64,000 nt of DNA from Promethearchaeota archaeon (GTDB lineage: Archaea > Asgardarchaeota > Lokiarchaeia > Sigyniarchaeales > SOKP01). The stretch is from positions 17,130 to 81,129 of the forward strand of contig JBHLMP010000009.1 of assembly GCA_048938025.1 (NCBI GenBank). The letters run 5' to 3'. Positions 19,529 to 29,125 of the stretch are shown here, piece after piece (position 1 is the stretch's first letter; every line of letters begins with the position of its first letter). The translations under genes and the position numbers were made by a program. Below the pieces are notes generated by a model. The model saw only the letters and a list, made by a program, of their open reading frames with translations, searched no databases and had not been told where the DNA came from.

Positions 19529-19993
19529 CTATAATTTTCTGAAACCCTTAATATCTGAAGGGTCACCTTTTGTTTTTTCTTCCCATACAGCTTTTACTTT
19601 CATTCCAGTTTTGATCTCTTCTGGGTTTATATCCAAAAGACGATAAACTATCCCTGTATTGCTACCATCAATTTGTATCATCCCGATTATTTGAGGTTTT
19701 TTTACTTTTCGAGTAGTTCTATCATTCACCTTATAATATGTGACAGTGTAATTTAGCAAAATTCCTGTTTCAGGCAAATTAATCCAGTTTTGGTCCAAAG
19801 GAATTGTAATATTACATATTCCACAGATTTTTCTTGGAGGTACAAAAATTTTTCCACATTTCGGACATTTATTTCCAATGAATTTCTTGTTTTCAAGAGC
19901 ATCATAGAATTTATCCATGTACTGACCAACCCAAAAATTAAATTCCGCTCTTATAAGTCCCTTATTAGCTACTATTACCTTTTCTTCACTCAT
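19529..19993 (-). CDS. DUF35 Zn-ribbon/OB-fold protein
   Basis: CPKC..VPPR..CGIC, IKTGMKVKAVW. Confidence 0.9.
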   Translation of the reverse strand: MSEEKVIVANKGLIRAEFNFWVGQYMDKFYDALENKKFIGNKCPKCGKIFVPPRKICGICNITIPLDQNWINLPETGILLNYTVTYYKVNDRTTRKVKKPQIIGMIQIDGSNTGIVYRLLDINPEEIKTGMKVKAVWEEKTKGDPSDIKGFRKL

Positions 19994-20207
19994 TTTAATT
20001 TCTACTCTTATGAATTTTAATATTATTAATAGTAGTAAATAGTTTTAAAATAATTTGAAAATGCTTTATCCAAAAGTGTCTGGTTTAAAAAAAGCAACTT
20101 AAGTAAATAGGTTCCTAAATATTTTATTTTATAATTTTTTTTTCTATTTAATTTAAATTTGAAATTATTAATAAGAAAAATAAGGAAAAAAAAATTTTAA
20201 AATAGGA

Positions 20208-20810
20208 TTAAAATGTAAAACCCTCTGGTAGTTCTGACTCGTGTGTACCTTTAACAACAAACATTAAATCCATAATTGTATAGGTTGGATTCTTGGTTCG
20301 AAAGATTGGCACAACACTTTTTCCTATTTCTGGTTCTCCGACAACTAACACGCTCATAAGAATAGTGACTACTTCTTCGTCAAATTCAACGTTTATGAAT
20401 TTGATTGGTTTTGGCAAGACATTAAAAGCTCCAGAACGATGAGTAATAATAAATGAGTGGATTTTTGCAGTTTTCTGAGCTTTTTCAGTAATATCTATAA
20501 CGGTATTTTTTCTTAGGCAATCTGGGCAATAAATTCTAAAAGGCAAGTGAATTGATCCTTTAAATTCACATTGATCATTATCACATCTTGTCGCCATTAG
20601 TTTTCCCTTTCCAAGAGATTCGAAAAAAATAGCCTCACCACCATAAGAGTGGATATACGTCATATCTCTTGGATTTGTAACTCCAGCCAATTTTCCAGTA
20701 TCTTCGTTAAAAATGGGTTGATTTGCCTCTATAATATGAAATTTTCCTTTTGGTTTGTATCTTCTATTAATTATGGAAACAAAACCTTTTTCTTCTTCAG
20801 TTTTTGGCAT
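20208..20810 (-). CDS. DUF35-like Zn-ribbon/OB-fold protein with N-terminal extension
   Basis: CDNDQC...P.R.YCPDC, OB fold; start MPKTEEE after GGAGG SD, directly behind the thiolase. Confidence 0.82.
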   Translation of the reverse strand: MPKTEEEKGFVSIINRRYKPKGKFHIIEANQPIFNEDTGKLAGVTNPRDMTYIHSYGGEAIFFESLGKGKLMATRCDNDQCEFKGSIHLPFRIYCPDCLRKNTVIDITEKAQKTAKIHSFIITHRSGAFNVLPKPIKFINVEFDEEVVTILMSVLVVGEPEIGKSVVPIFRTKNPTYTIMDLMFVVKGTHESELPEGFTF

Positions 20811-20815
20811 CTTTT

Positions 20816-22237
20816 TTATTCCTCCTTTATTAAGTGATTTGGATGCATTAAAATCGTACAAGTCACATGTGATCCTACTCCAGCGTGACTTATTGCTAAA
20901 CCTCTTTTTGCACCTTTTACTTGAAGACTTGTCCAATCCTTTGGTTTTTCACGACCAAATTCTTTCCATTTTTCTTCAGGCTCATGAATTTCATCCCATC
21001 GATTCCAGAGATGATATCCTATTTCAGCAATTTGCATAAGACCAGTTGCTCCTACAGCATGCATACAACCGATTAATCCACCACATAAATTGCTAGGTAA
21101 TTTACCTGGTTTTTTAGTATTTGGGTTTGTATGATATGCATCACCTGTTTCGATATAATCACGTCCATCTCCATACGAACGAATACCAATATCTTCATAA
21201 GTTTGAATATCACTAATTGTAAAGGCATCATGGAGTTCCACAACATCAAGATCGTCAGTTGGATCAATAATCCCCGTCATATTATATGCATAATAAGCTG
21301 CTATACGTGCAGCTAAAAAACTGCTAAAACCGGGATATCTATCACCCCCGGGAAATCTTTTACCTAAATTATCATATTGTCCTGGCTTTTCATTTGGTAA
21401 AAGGGGTATTTTCATATTACGACGATCAGCCACTCTTAAAGTGTGGCTTCCTGCACCAATCCAAATCCGAAGTGGATTATCTGTTATTTCATATGCTGTT
21501 TTTTCATCACAAACAATACCACATGCAGCTCCAACACTCATTAGACAACAATCTAACGCACGTAAGGGATAAGCAATAACAGGAGAATTAATTACATCCT
21601 CAACCGTGATTTTCATAGGCCCATGTGCGTGAGGATTCATTCTGGCATAACCACGATTTTTAACTGCAATTTCAGCCATAGTTTTTCTAAAAGAATCTTC
21701 TGCTTTACCAAAAATTTGCCAATATCTTTGAGCCATTACAGCATAATAACCAGTATAAATATGACCCAATGGTGTTTCCCAATCTTTATCAGCAGCACAA
21801 GATATAAGGTGGTTTCCCTCGTCAGTTGGGACTTCATCCATTCTCTCCCACCCCATAGCTAGAGCGCAATCACTATATCCAGAAGCAACAGTTTTAATTG
21901 CTTCCCACATCGTTGAACCTCCTGTAGCTCCACCTGTTTTGACACCAATGGTTCCTAATGGATCTAAACCCAATCTATCGTGAATAACTGCTTCTCCTAG
22001 TAATTGATCTCCAAAATGATCTGCAAAATGCCCATAATAAGCAGTATGTATGAAACTCTTCAGTTCAGCAGGTGTCATTTTAACAAAATCTGCTGCAGCT
22101 GTTAATGCTTGGATGCATAATTCTTCAGTTCGCGTTTCTGGAAAAGCTCTGTCGAATTTTGACATACCAACTGTAGCTAAATAAACTGGTCGCATTAATT
22201 TCGGTATTTTTAATTGTTTATCACTAAATTTAATCAT
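20816..22237 (-). CDS. Thiolase-fold protein (SCP-x type) lacking the nucleophilic Cys
   Basis: VKTGGATGG, AVKNRGYARMNPHA, ELHDAF, GGLIGCMHAVGATG. Confidence 0.88.
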   Translation of the reverse strand: MIKFSDKQLKIPKLMRPVYLATVGMSKFDRAFPETRTEELCIQALTAAADFVKMTPAELKSFIHTAYYGHFADHFGDQLLGEAVIHDRLGLDPLGTIGVKTGGATGGSTMWEAIKTVASGYSDCALAMGWERMDEVPTDEGNHLISCAADKDWETPLGHIYTGYYAVMAQRYWQIFGKAEDSFRKTMAEIAVKNRGYARMNPHAHGPMKITVEDVINSPVIAYPLRALDCCLMSVGAACGIVCDEKTAYEITDNPLRIWIGAGSHTLRVADRRNMKIPLLPNEKPGQYDNLGKRFPGGDRYPGFSSFLAARIAAYYAYNMTGIIDPTDDLDVVELHDAFTISDIQTYEDIGIRSYGDGRDYIETGDAYHTNPNTKKPGKLPSNLCGGLIGCMHAVGATGLMQIAEIGYHLWNRWDEIHEPEEKWKEFGREKPKDWTSLQVKGAKRGLAISHAGVGSHVTCTILMHPNHLIKEE

Positions 22238-22406
22238 ATTGATTACACTTTTTAGAGCTTCACGCCTTTTTATTTTTAGTATTTAGTTTTCAAATATATT
22301 TGATAATTTATTGTTATGTTTTATTTTGATTAATAACTTACTATTGAAACTAATAAATTTAGATGGGAAATAAATCCTACTCAATTTAAAAAAAATTTAA
22401 AATCTT

Positions 22407-23714
22407 ATGAAGATTGTCTTATTTATTATGGATAAAAGAGTCCCAGAATTACCAAAACTTGAAATTAGCGGATATATTGCTGAATTAGACTTATTAAATA
22501 ACCCAATATTTACAGTTAAAGAGAAAGAATTTATATCTGAATTTTATGACTTTATGGAAGAAAATCTTGAAAGAGATCTGAAGACCTTAGAAGAACTAAA
22601 TTATTTGGCAGAAGAACCGATACAAGAGAAGAAACGGGAAATTGTTGTTAATTTAATAAAAAAATTAGCAGAAAAAGGTTATTACAGTACGGTTATTGAT
22701 TCAGAAGATTATGACCTTGGTAAAGTAACTCGAAATGCTCTTATAGCATTAGCCCTAAGCGGAGGTTTTTGGTCAACAAATAGTGATAGGTATATTAATG
22801 GTAATTGGAGTGTTGAGATGGGTAGATTAGCAGGAGGAACTCTTTACTGCAATCCAGTAAATTATAAAGCAAATGACTATCAGAGAAGAGAATTTTTAAA
22901 TCCTGTTGTTAAATATGGCGCAATGGCAGCTTCAGCTATGACAGAATTTAATGCCGGTAGTGATATTATTAGAATTGAACTAAGACTAGATGAAAAAGAT
23001 AATGAAGTAATTGCAAATGGCAAGAAACTCTTTATAGTAAACGGAATGTTAGCAGATTATATTATGTTATATGGTAGATTAAATAATGGAAAATTAGGAG
23101 CAATTATTGTAGATACGGAAAATCAACAACTGAAAAATTTTGAATCATCACGGGTAATTATGTATGGTATGAGAGACGCCTTTGTCAGTCGCTTAGTATT
23201 TGATGATGTAAGACTCCCTAAAGAAAATCTTCTTGAAGGGGATGGTTTAGATATTATGTTTCATCAATTAACTGAAGAACGACTGGTAATTAGTTCAGAA
23301 GCTTTGGGAGATAGCATAAAAAAATTATTCTATTCTCATAGTTTTGCACTTCAACGTGAACAATTTCAACGAAAACTATATCAATATCAAATAATTCGAT
23401 TTCCAATTACTAAGAATATGCGTGAAGTGAATCTATATCTTTCAGCATTGTTGAATTATACTCGAGAAATTGATAACAAACCACAATTAGGAAGTTCAAA
23501 AATAATGGCTTCTCAGGCAATGGGTTTGAAAATTGAAACTTGTGAATTGGCTTTTCAAAGCTCAATTGATTTATTTAGAACTATGGGTGGTCGTGGATTT
23601 ACAGAACAATACTGTAATCAAATTGGGCTTCTTGATGCTTATTGTATGATACATGGCGGAGGTAGTCATTATATTTTAGGAGATTCAGAATCTCGAAAGT
23701 TTTTTAAGCGGTAA
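22407..23714 (+). CDS. Acyl-CoA dehydrogenase family protein
   Basis: AMTEFNAGSD, NGKKLFIVNG, FDDVRLP, REQFQRKL, MGGRGF. Confidence 0.88.
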   Translation: MKIVLFIMDKRVPELPKLEISGYIAELDLLNNPIFTVKEKEFISEFYDFMEENLERDLKTLEELNYLAEEPIQEKKREIVVNLIKKLAEKGYYSTVIDSEDYDLGKVTRNALIALALSGGFWSTNSDRYINGNWSVEMGRLAGGTLYCNPVNYKANDYQRREFLNPVVKYGAMAASAMTEFNAGSDIIRIELRLDEKDNEVIANGKKLFIVNGMLADYIMLYGRLNNGKLGAIIVDTENQQLKNFESSRVIMYGMRDAFVSRLVFDDVRLPKENLLEGDGLDIMFHQLTEERLVISSEALGDSIKKLFYSHSFALQREQFQRKLYQYQIIRFPITKNMREVNLYLSALLNYTREIDNKPQLGSSKIMASQAMGLKIETCELAFQSSIDLFRTMGGRGFTEQYCNQIGLLDAYCMIHGGGSHYILGDSESRKFFKR

Positions 23715-23818
23715 CAATCTAAAAAGAATTTAACTTTTGATTATTAAATTTATTCAATTATATAATAAACTTTCAGAGAATGCATTATTAAATAAAGTGT
23801 CTTATTTTAGAATAGGTA

Positions 23819-24790
23819 ATGGATAACTATAATTTCGCAAGTTTCAATATTTCTCCATTATTAGAACAATATGTAGGTAAAAACTTAAAGGAAATTTTTG
23901 ACAATTCTCAAGTTATAACAAATGAGATGGGTAAATTCATAGAAATAATTTGGGAAGAAAAAGATTTCCCCTGTGATTTAGGTTTATTAACAGCTAAGAA
24001 AAAAGTTATCCAAAATCTTAAAACTGTGCATAATATTGGAGATAAAATTGAGAAGAAATTAAAACGAAGGGGAGTTCAAACTCTTAATGACCTAAAAATT
24101 AATTTAAGATATCAAAATTCAGCAAACCAGATCTTGAAATTAATTAGAAATAAGGATTATAAAAATCTTAAAAAAAATCGATATATAGACGATTTAGACT
24201 TGAGTTTTTGCTTTAAAATTGAAGATTTTCTCTTTTTAGATATTGAAACTTTAGGTTTATATGATAGTCCAATGGTTATAGTTGGTTTGGGATATTATAA
24301 TAATAGTAAATTTGAAATTCATATTCTTTTTGCACGGGATTTGGAGGAAGAAATTGCTATATGTAACCATCTAAGAAATGAGATCTTATCGAATTTTAAA
24401 TGTTTTGTTACTTATAATGGGAAGACTTTTGATATTCCCTATATCGCAAATCGCTTTTTATATTATTTTGATGAAAATCCCATGATTTCGGAAAATGAAG
24501 AACCATATGAGATTAATAATACTAAATATCATCATATAGATTTATATCACAATTGTCGTCGGAGGTTAAAAGGTAAATTCAATAACTATACTCTTACAAA
24601 CATGGAAAAGAATTTATTAAATTGGAGAAGGGAAAATGAATTACCTAGCAGTCTAGTAGGGATATGCTATAAAAAATATCAGAAAGATCCAAGTCGATAT
24701 ATAGGGTTAATAAAAGAAATAATTGAACACAATTACTACGATATCTACTCAATGCCACTAATTCTCAAAAAACTATTATACAAAGAATGA
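23819..24790 (+). CDS. RNase H-like (YprB/RNase_H_2) 3'-5' exonuclease with HhH-like segment
   Basis: FLDIETLGL, VTYNGKTFDIPY, HIDLY, HNYYDI; NIGDKIEKKL HhH. Confidence 0.85.
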   Translation: MDNYNFASFNISPLLEQYVGKNLKEIFDNSQVITNEMGKFIEIIWEEKDFPCDLGLLTAKKKVIQNLKTVHNIGDKIEKKLKRRGVQTLNDLKINLRYQNSANQILKLIRNKDYKNLKKNRYIDDLDLSFCFKIEDFLFLDIETLGLYDSPMVIVGLGYYNNSKFEIHILFARDLEEEIAICNHLRNEILSNFKCFVTYNGKTFDIPYIANRFLYYFDENPMISENEEPYEINNTKYHHIDLYHNCRRRLKGKFNNYTLTNMEKNLLNWRRENELPSSLVGICYKKYQKDPSRYIGLIKEIIEHNYYDIYSMPLILKKLLYKE

Positions 24791-24879
24791 ATATTAATTA
24801 AGATAAGCTCTTAAGATCAAACTATTAAGTATATTATTAATTAATTAATTTTAAATTAATTTCACTAATTTTTGAAAAA

Positions 24880-26562
24880 ATGACTAAATTAGAAGATAAA
24901 ATATTTGATCTTAGATGGAGTTATAAGAATAGAGATAATATAATAAAGAGATTAAAAGAAAAAAAATACGATGTTATTGTCATAGGAGCAGGCATTACAG
25001 GGGCAGGGGTTGCAAGGGAAGCTGCAATGAGAGAATTAAAAGTTGCGTGCGTAGATATGCAGGATTTTGCTGCTGGAACCTCATCAAGGAGTTCAAAATT
25101 AGCACATGGTGGAATAAGATATCTGGGTCATGGAGACATGGATTTAGTAAAAGAATCCGCAACCGAGAGAAATTGGATGTTAGCACATTTACCACATTTA
25201 GTAAGACCAATTCCTTTCCTTTTTGTTGAATTAGAAGGAGGGAAATATAAAAAACGGGACATTGTAGGTGCTTGTAGAATTTATGATTTTTTAAGTGATA
25301 ATGGATCAGAATTTAAAACATACAAAAAACATAAATGGTACAAACCAGAAGAGATCTTTGAAATGGAACCTGAATTTATAAGAGAAGGTAATAAAGGTGG
25401 AGCAGTATATTATGATAATAATGTAGATGACGCTAGATTAACAATCGAGGTCCTTAAGGAAGCTGTTGTGAGGGGAGCGGATATAATTAACTATTGCAAA
25501 GTTACCGGATACATGAAAGATAATGGAAAAATATCTGGTGTTAAATGTAAAGATCTGGAAAATAATGATGAATTTGAAATAAAAGGAACATTAATAGTGA
25601 ACGCAACCGGAGTATGGACAGATGAATTGTTAGAAAATTACCCCGATGAAATCCCAAAACCATTAATTAGACCAACTAAAGGAGTTCATTTACAATTTAA
25701 GCGTGAACATGTTAAAAATAATATGGCTACTATTATCCGATCAATTACTGATGATAGGGCATTTTTTGTATTACCACGTAATAAGAATTTTACTATTATA
25801 GGTACTACCGATACAGATTATAAAGGCAATTTAGCAGATCCTTTTTGTAATAAAGATGATGCTGATTATTTAATCATTTCAGTTAAGCATTATTTTCCAA
25901 ATGCAGAATTAGATTATAATAATATCATTTCTACGTATGCTGGAATAAGACCTTTAGTTATGCAAAAAGGAAAATCTGAAAGTGAAGTTTCCCGAAAGCA
26001 TATAATATTTTTCTCTGATGACGGATTATTGACTATAACTGGAGGAAAGTTAACAGCATGGCGAAGTATGGCTGAAGATTTATTTAAGAGAGTTGAAGAA
26101 AAAGATATTTTTCCTAATATAAAAAGAGAAGAGGGTTTTTCTAAACAAAAGTTTTTAGTTAGTATTGATAAAGAAAGTTGGCTTAAAGATTTAAAAAATT
26201 CAGGTAAAAAATTAGATGATGGCATTAGTGACCATTTGTATCACCAATATGGTAGAGGAGCCTTAAAAATTCTTGAATTGATAAAAGAAGAGAAATCTCT
26301 TTATGATAGAATTATAGATGAAAATGATTTTATTAAAGCAGAGATTATCTACTGCCTTAGATTTGAATTAACTCCACATTTAATTGATGTTTTTTGCAGA
26401 AGAACTGAAATGTCTCTCTGGATTAGTCATAAAAAAGCTTTTGAAGCTGCTAAAAAAGTTGCTGACCTTATGGCAAAAGAATATAATTGGAATGAAGAAA
26501 AAATAACTCAAGAAATCAATACTTACGTGGATTATGTTAGAAAAACAGTTTCTTTTATCTAA
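24880..26562 (+). CDS. glpA: FAD-dependent glycerol-3-phosphate dehydrogenase (GlpA/GlpD)
   Basis: GAGITG, DFAAGTSSRSSKLAHGGIRYL, DDARL, GTTD, AGIRPL, GGKLT, RRT. Confidence 0.92.
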   Translation: MTKLEDKIFDLRWSYKNRDNIIKRLKEKKYDVIVIGAGITGAGVAREAAMRELKVACVDMQDFAAGTSSRSSKLAHGGIRYLGHGDMDLVKESATERNWMLAHLPHLVRPIPFLFVELEGGKYKKRDIVGACRIYDFLSDNGSEFKTYKKHKWYKPEEIFEMEPEFIREGNKGGAVYYDNNVDDARLTIEVLKEAVVRGADIINYCKVTGYMKDNGKISGVKCKDLENNDEFEIKGTLIVNATGVWTDELLENYPDEIPKPLIRPTKGVHLQFKREHVKNNMATIIRSITDDRAFFVLPRNKNFTIIGTTDTDYKGNLADPFCNKDDADYLIISVKHYFPNAELDYNNIISTYAGIRPLVMQKGKSESEVSRKHIIFFSDDGLLTITGGKLTAWRSMAEDLFKRVEEKDIFPNIKREEGFSKQKFLVSIDKESWLKDLKNSGKKLDDGISDHLYHQYGRGALKILELIKEEKSLYDRIIDENDFIKAEIIYCLRFELTPHLIDVFCRRTEMSLWISHKKAFEAAKKVADLMAKEYNWNEEKITQEINTYVDYVRKTVSFI

Positions 26563-26674
26563 TAATTTACTTTCTTTTTTATTTTGAAATATTGGACTAT
26601 ATATTTTTAATAAATTATTGTTTATATATTCATTATAATAATTTATCCAAAATTAAATTAAAGTGTGAAATAAA

Positions 26675-27346
26675 TTGATTTTTAATTGGGATTTTACGGA
26701 TGATTTTTTGAAACCCCTTGCAGAGTTTGGGGGTTTATTTATGCTAATTCTGGGGATAATTTGGGCAATTTACGTTGCATATGAAACCAAAAGAAGAGGA
26801 TCATTTAAGACAAGAAAGTCAGAGGACTGGGAATTTAAAATAACTAAGTTCCTCAAAGGATTAACCTATTTGGGCTTTCTTGTTGGCTTATTTGCCATTT
26901 TAACAGGAGCTGCAGAATTGATGTTTGATAGACCACCAACTAATAGATACGAAGATGTAACCGAAAATGCAGTTAATATTTTTACAGCATTAATGTTAAT
27001 CATTTTAGGAATTTTGACATTTGTGAAACCTGGAAATGATCTTCCGCTTGCTAGTTTATTTGGTCTTGTTGCTGCTTCAGCTGTTATAATAATTATTACA
27101 CTTGTACTTCCACCTGAAGTTGAACAAGTTATTGGCGCTTTTATAAACTTTCGATTGTTTCTATTCATTGTTTTCATAATTATATTTGCATTAATCGCTC
27201 TTATCATAAAATTTTATACATCCGGATTTATGGCTGTTTCAAAAGCACTCTCATGGCCTCCTCTCGCTGTAATTGTTGCTGCTTTCTGCTTTTTACAAGC
27301 ATTTCTATTGTTAGTTTTCGGAGTTTCAATTTCAGGAGTATTTTAA
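26675..27346 (+). CDS. Integral membrane protein (about 6 TM), unknown function
   Basis: Six hydrophobic stretches, 223 aa. Confidence 0.75.
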   Translation: MIFNWDFTDDFLKPLAEFGGLFMLILGIIWAIYVAYETKRRGSFKTRKSEDWEFKITKFLKGLTYLGFLVGLFAILTGAAELMFDRPPTNRYEDVTENAVNIFTALMLIILGILTFVKPGNDLPLASLFGLVAASAVIIIITLVLPPEVEQVIGAFINFRLFLFIVFIIIFALIALIIKFYTSGFMAVSKALSWPPLAVIVAAFCFLQAFLLLVFGVSISGVF

Positions 27347-27421
27347 TTCTAATTTAATTTTTTTATTTTTATTTTTAAAGTAATTAAGTAACTCTACAAT
27401 TTTCACTAACAGCATATAGTT

Positions 27422-28543
27422 TCAAAAAAAGGAAAACCTATGAGATGGTTTTTTATTTATTTCTCCAATTATATCATTAAGTAAGTTATATCCACAATTT
27501 GGGCATGTATTATTATCATTAACATTGATTTTTGTAAACATATATCCAGAACGACCTAACAACAAATGTTCACAATTAGGACAATAAGTATTACTCCCTT
27601 CATCATGTCTTATATTTCCAACGTAAGGAAAGAATACTCCCATATCTTTTGCAATATTATAAGCTTTATCTAATGTTTCATATGGAGTTCTTTTATTGGA
27701 AGGCATTTTAAAATCTGGATGATAAGCTGAAAAATGTATAGGTGTATTTTTACCTAAATTCTCAACTATCCATTCGCATAATTTTTTAATATCTTCTCTA
27801 CTATCATTTAATTCGGGTATTATTAAGTTAGTAATTTCTACATGAATACCATTTTCTTTGAATCGTTTAGCAGTATCCAAAACAGGTTGCACTGATGTTA
27901 CTCCACATATTTTCTTATAAAAATCGTTTGACATAGCTTTTATATCAATATTTGCTGCATCAATTCCTACTTCAATTAATTCTTTTGAGGCTTCTGGAGT
28001 TGAATATCCATTAGTTACCAATATTGTTTTTATATCATGTTTTTTAAGTAATGGAACAGTATCCATAATCCATTCATGCCATATTAGTGGTTCATTATAA
28101 GTGTAAGCTAGAGTTTTTGCTCCACTTTTTACAACTCGTTTTTCAAGTTGTTCAGGTGTCACTTCAATTAAAGACATTCCTTGCCCTTTATAATCTTCTA
28201 AATCGAAGAATCCATTTTTTCCATTATCTGTTGGGCTTGCTTGTGAAATAGACCAGTTCTGGCAATTCTGACATTTAAATGAACATCCTATTGATGCAAT
28301 CGAGTATGCTGTTGCGCCGGGCCAGAAATTGTAAAGTGGTTTTTTTTCAATAGGATCTAAACTTCCAGAAGAGATCATTGAACCATAAATTAAAGTATAT
28401 AATTCTCCATCAAAATTTTTTCGAGTCCTACAAATCCCAATCTTCTCTGGCATTATTAAGCATTTATTTGCACATACATGACATTTAACTTTCTTATCAT
28501 CAAGAGATTCATATAATCTTGCTTTTACTTTCAAATAACTCAC
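27422..28543 (-). CDS. AmmeMemoRadiSam-system radical SAM enzyme
   Basis: CHVC..C N-terminus, DPIEKKPL, CSFKCQNC, YTYNEP, C-terminal CPNC pairs. Confidence 0.9.
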   Translation of the reverse strand: MSYLKVKARLYESLDDKKVKCHVCANKCLIMPEKIGICRTRKNFDGELYTLIYGSMISSGSLDPIEKKPLYNFWPGATAYSIASIGCSFKCQNCQNWSISQASPTDNGKNGFFDLEDYKGQGMSLIEVTPEQLEKRVVKSGAKTLAYTYNEPLIWHEWIMDTVPLLKKHDIKTILVTNGYSTPEASKELIEVGIDAANIDIKAMSNDFYKKICGVTSVQPVLDTAKRFKENGIHVEITNLIIPELNDSREDIKKLCEWIVENLGKNTPIHFSAYHPDFKMPSNKRTPYETLDKAYNIAKDMGVFFPYVGNIRHDEGSNTYCPNCEHLLLGRSGYMFTKINVNDNNTCPNCGYNLLNDIIGEINKKPSHRFSFF

Positions 28544-28656
28544 TTTTTTTCGTTAATTATTAGCATAATGTATCTCTAAATATATAATAGATAAGAAATT
28601 TTATATTTCTTATAGATTTAGATTAGATTTTTCGGACTAAAAAGTAGGTAGTCAAA

Positions 28657-29091
28657 ATGTCAAGAATAGAAAAAGCAGTTTCTCTCTTTAAGGATAAATT
28701 TAACTGTGCCCAATCAATATTGAGTAGTTATGGTATTCAATATGGACTAGATCAGGATACAGCTCTAAAATTAGCTACGGGTTTTGGAGGTGGGATAGCT
28801 CGATTCGGCAGGACTTGTGGAGCAGTGTCAGGAGCGTGTATGGTTATTGGTTTAAAATATGGTATGGGGATAAATGAGGAGATAGAACTGAAAGAAAATA
28901 CATATCAGCTTATAAGAAAATTTTCCGATCGATTTCAAGAAATTAATGGTTCTGTGATTTGCAAGGAATTACTTGGCTGCGATATTAACACCCATGAGGG
29001 TAAAGACTATTACATTCAAAATGAATTCTTTGAAAAAAAATGCCTTCACTATGTGAAGAACGCTGCAGAAGTTTTAGAAGAAATATTATGA
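28657..29091 (+). CDS. C_GCAxxG_C_C family putative redox protein
   Basis: NCAQS, GFGGG, TCGAVSG, C..LLG, KC. Confidence 0.9.
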   Translation: MSRIEKAVSLFKDKFNCAQSILSSYGIQYGLDQDTALKLATGFGGGIARFGRTCGAVSGACMVIGLKYGMGINEEIELKENTYQLIRKFSDRFQEINGSVICKELLGCDINTHEGKDYYIQNEFFEKKCLHYVKNAAEVLEEIL

Positions 29092-29125
29092 TAGAATTAA
29101 AGAAAGAAATTACAATTTATAAAGA

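Noticed and set aside
12867-22237. Interpretation as the mevalonate-pathway acetoacetyl-CoA thiolase/DUF35/HMGS complex
   Set aside because: No HMG-CoA synthase in the window, and the catalytic Cys is missing in all four thiolase-fold proteins.
22407-23714. ACAD as catalytically dead because the C-terminal xEG motif reads HGGG
   Set aside because: A Glu is present in the alternative helix-G position (LTEERL), as in IVD/LCAD-type enzymes.
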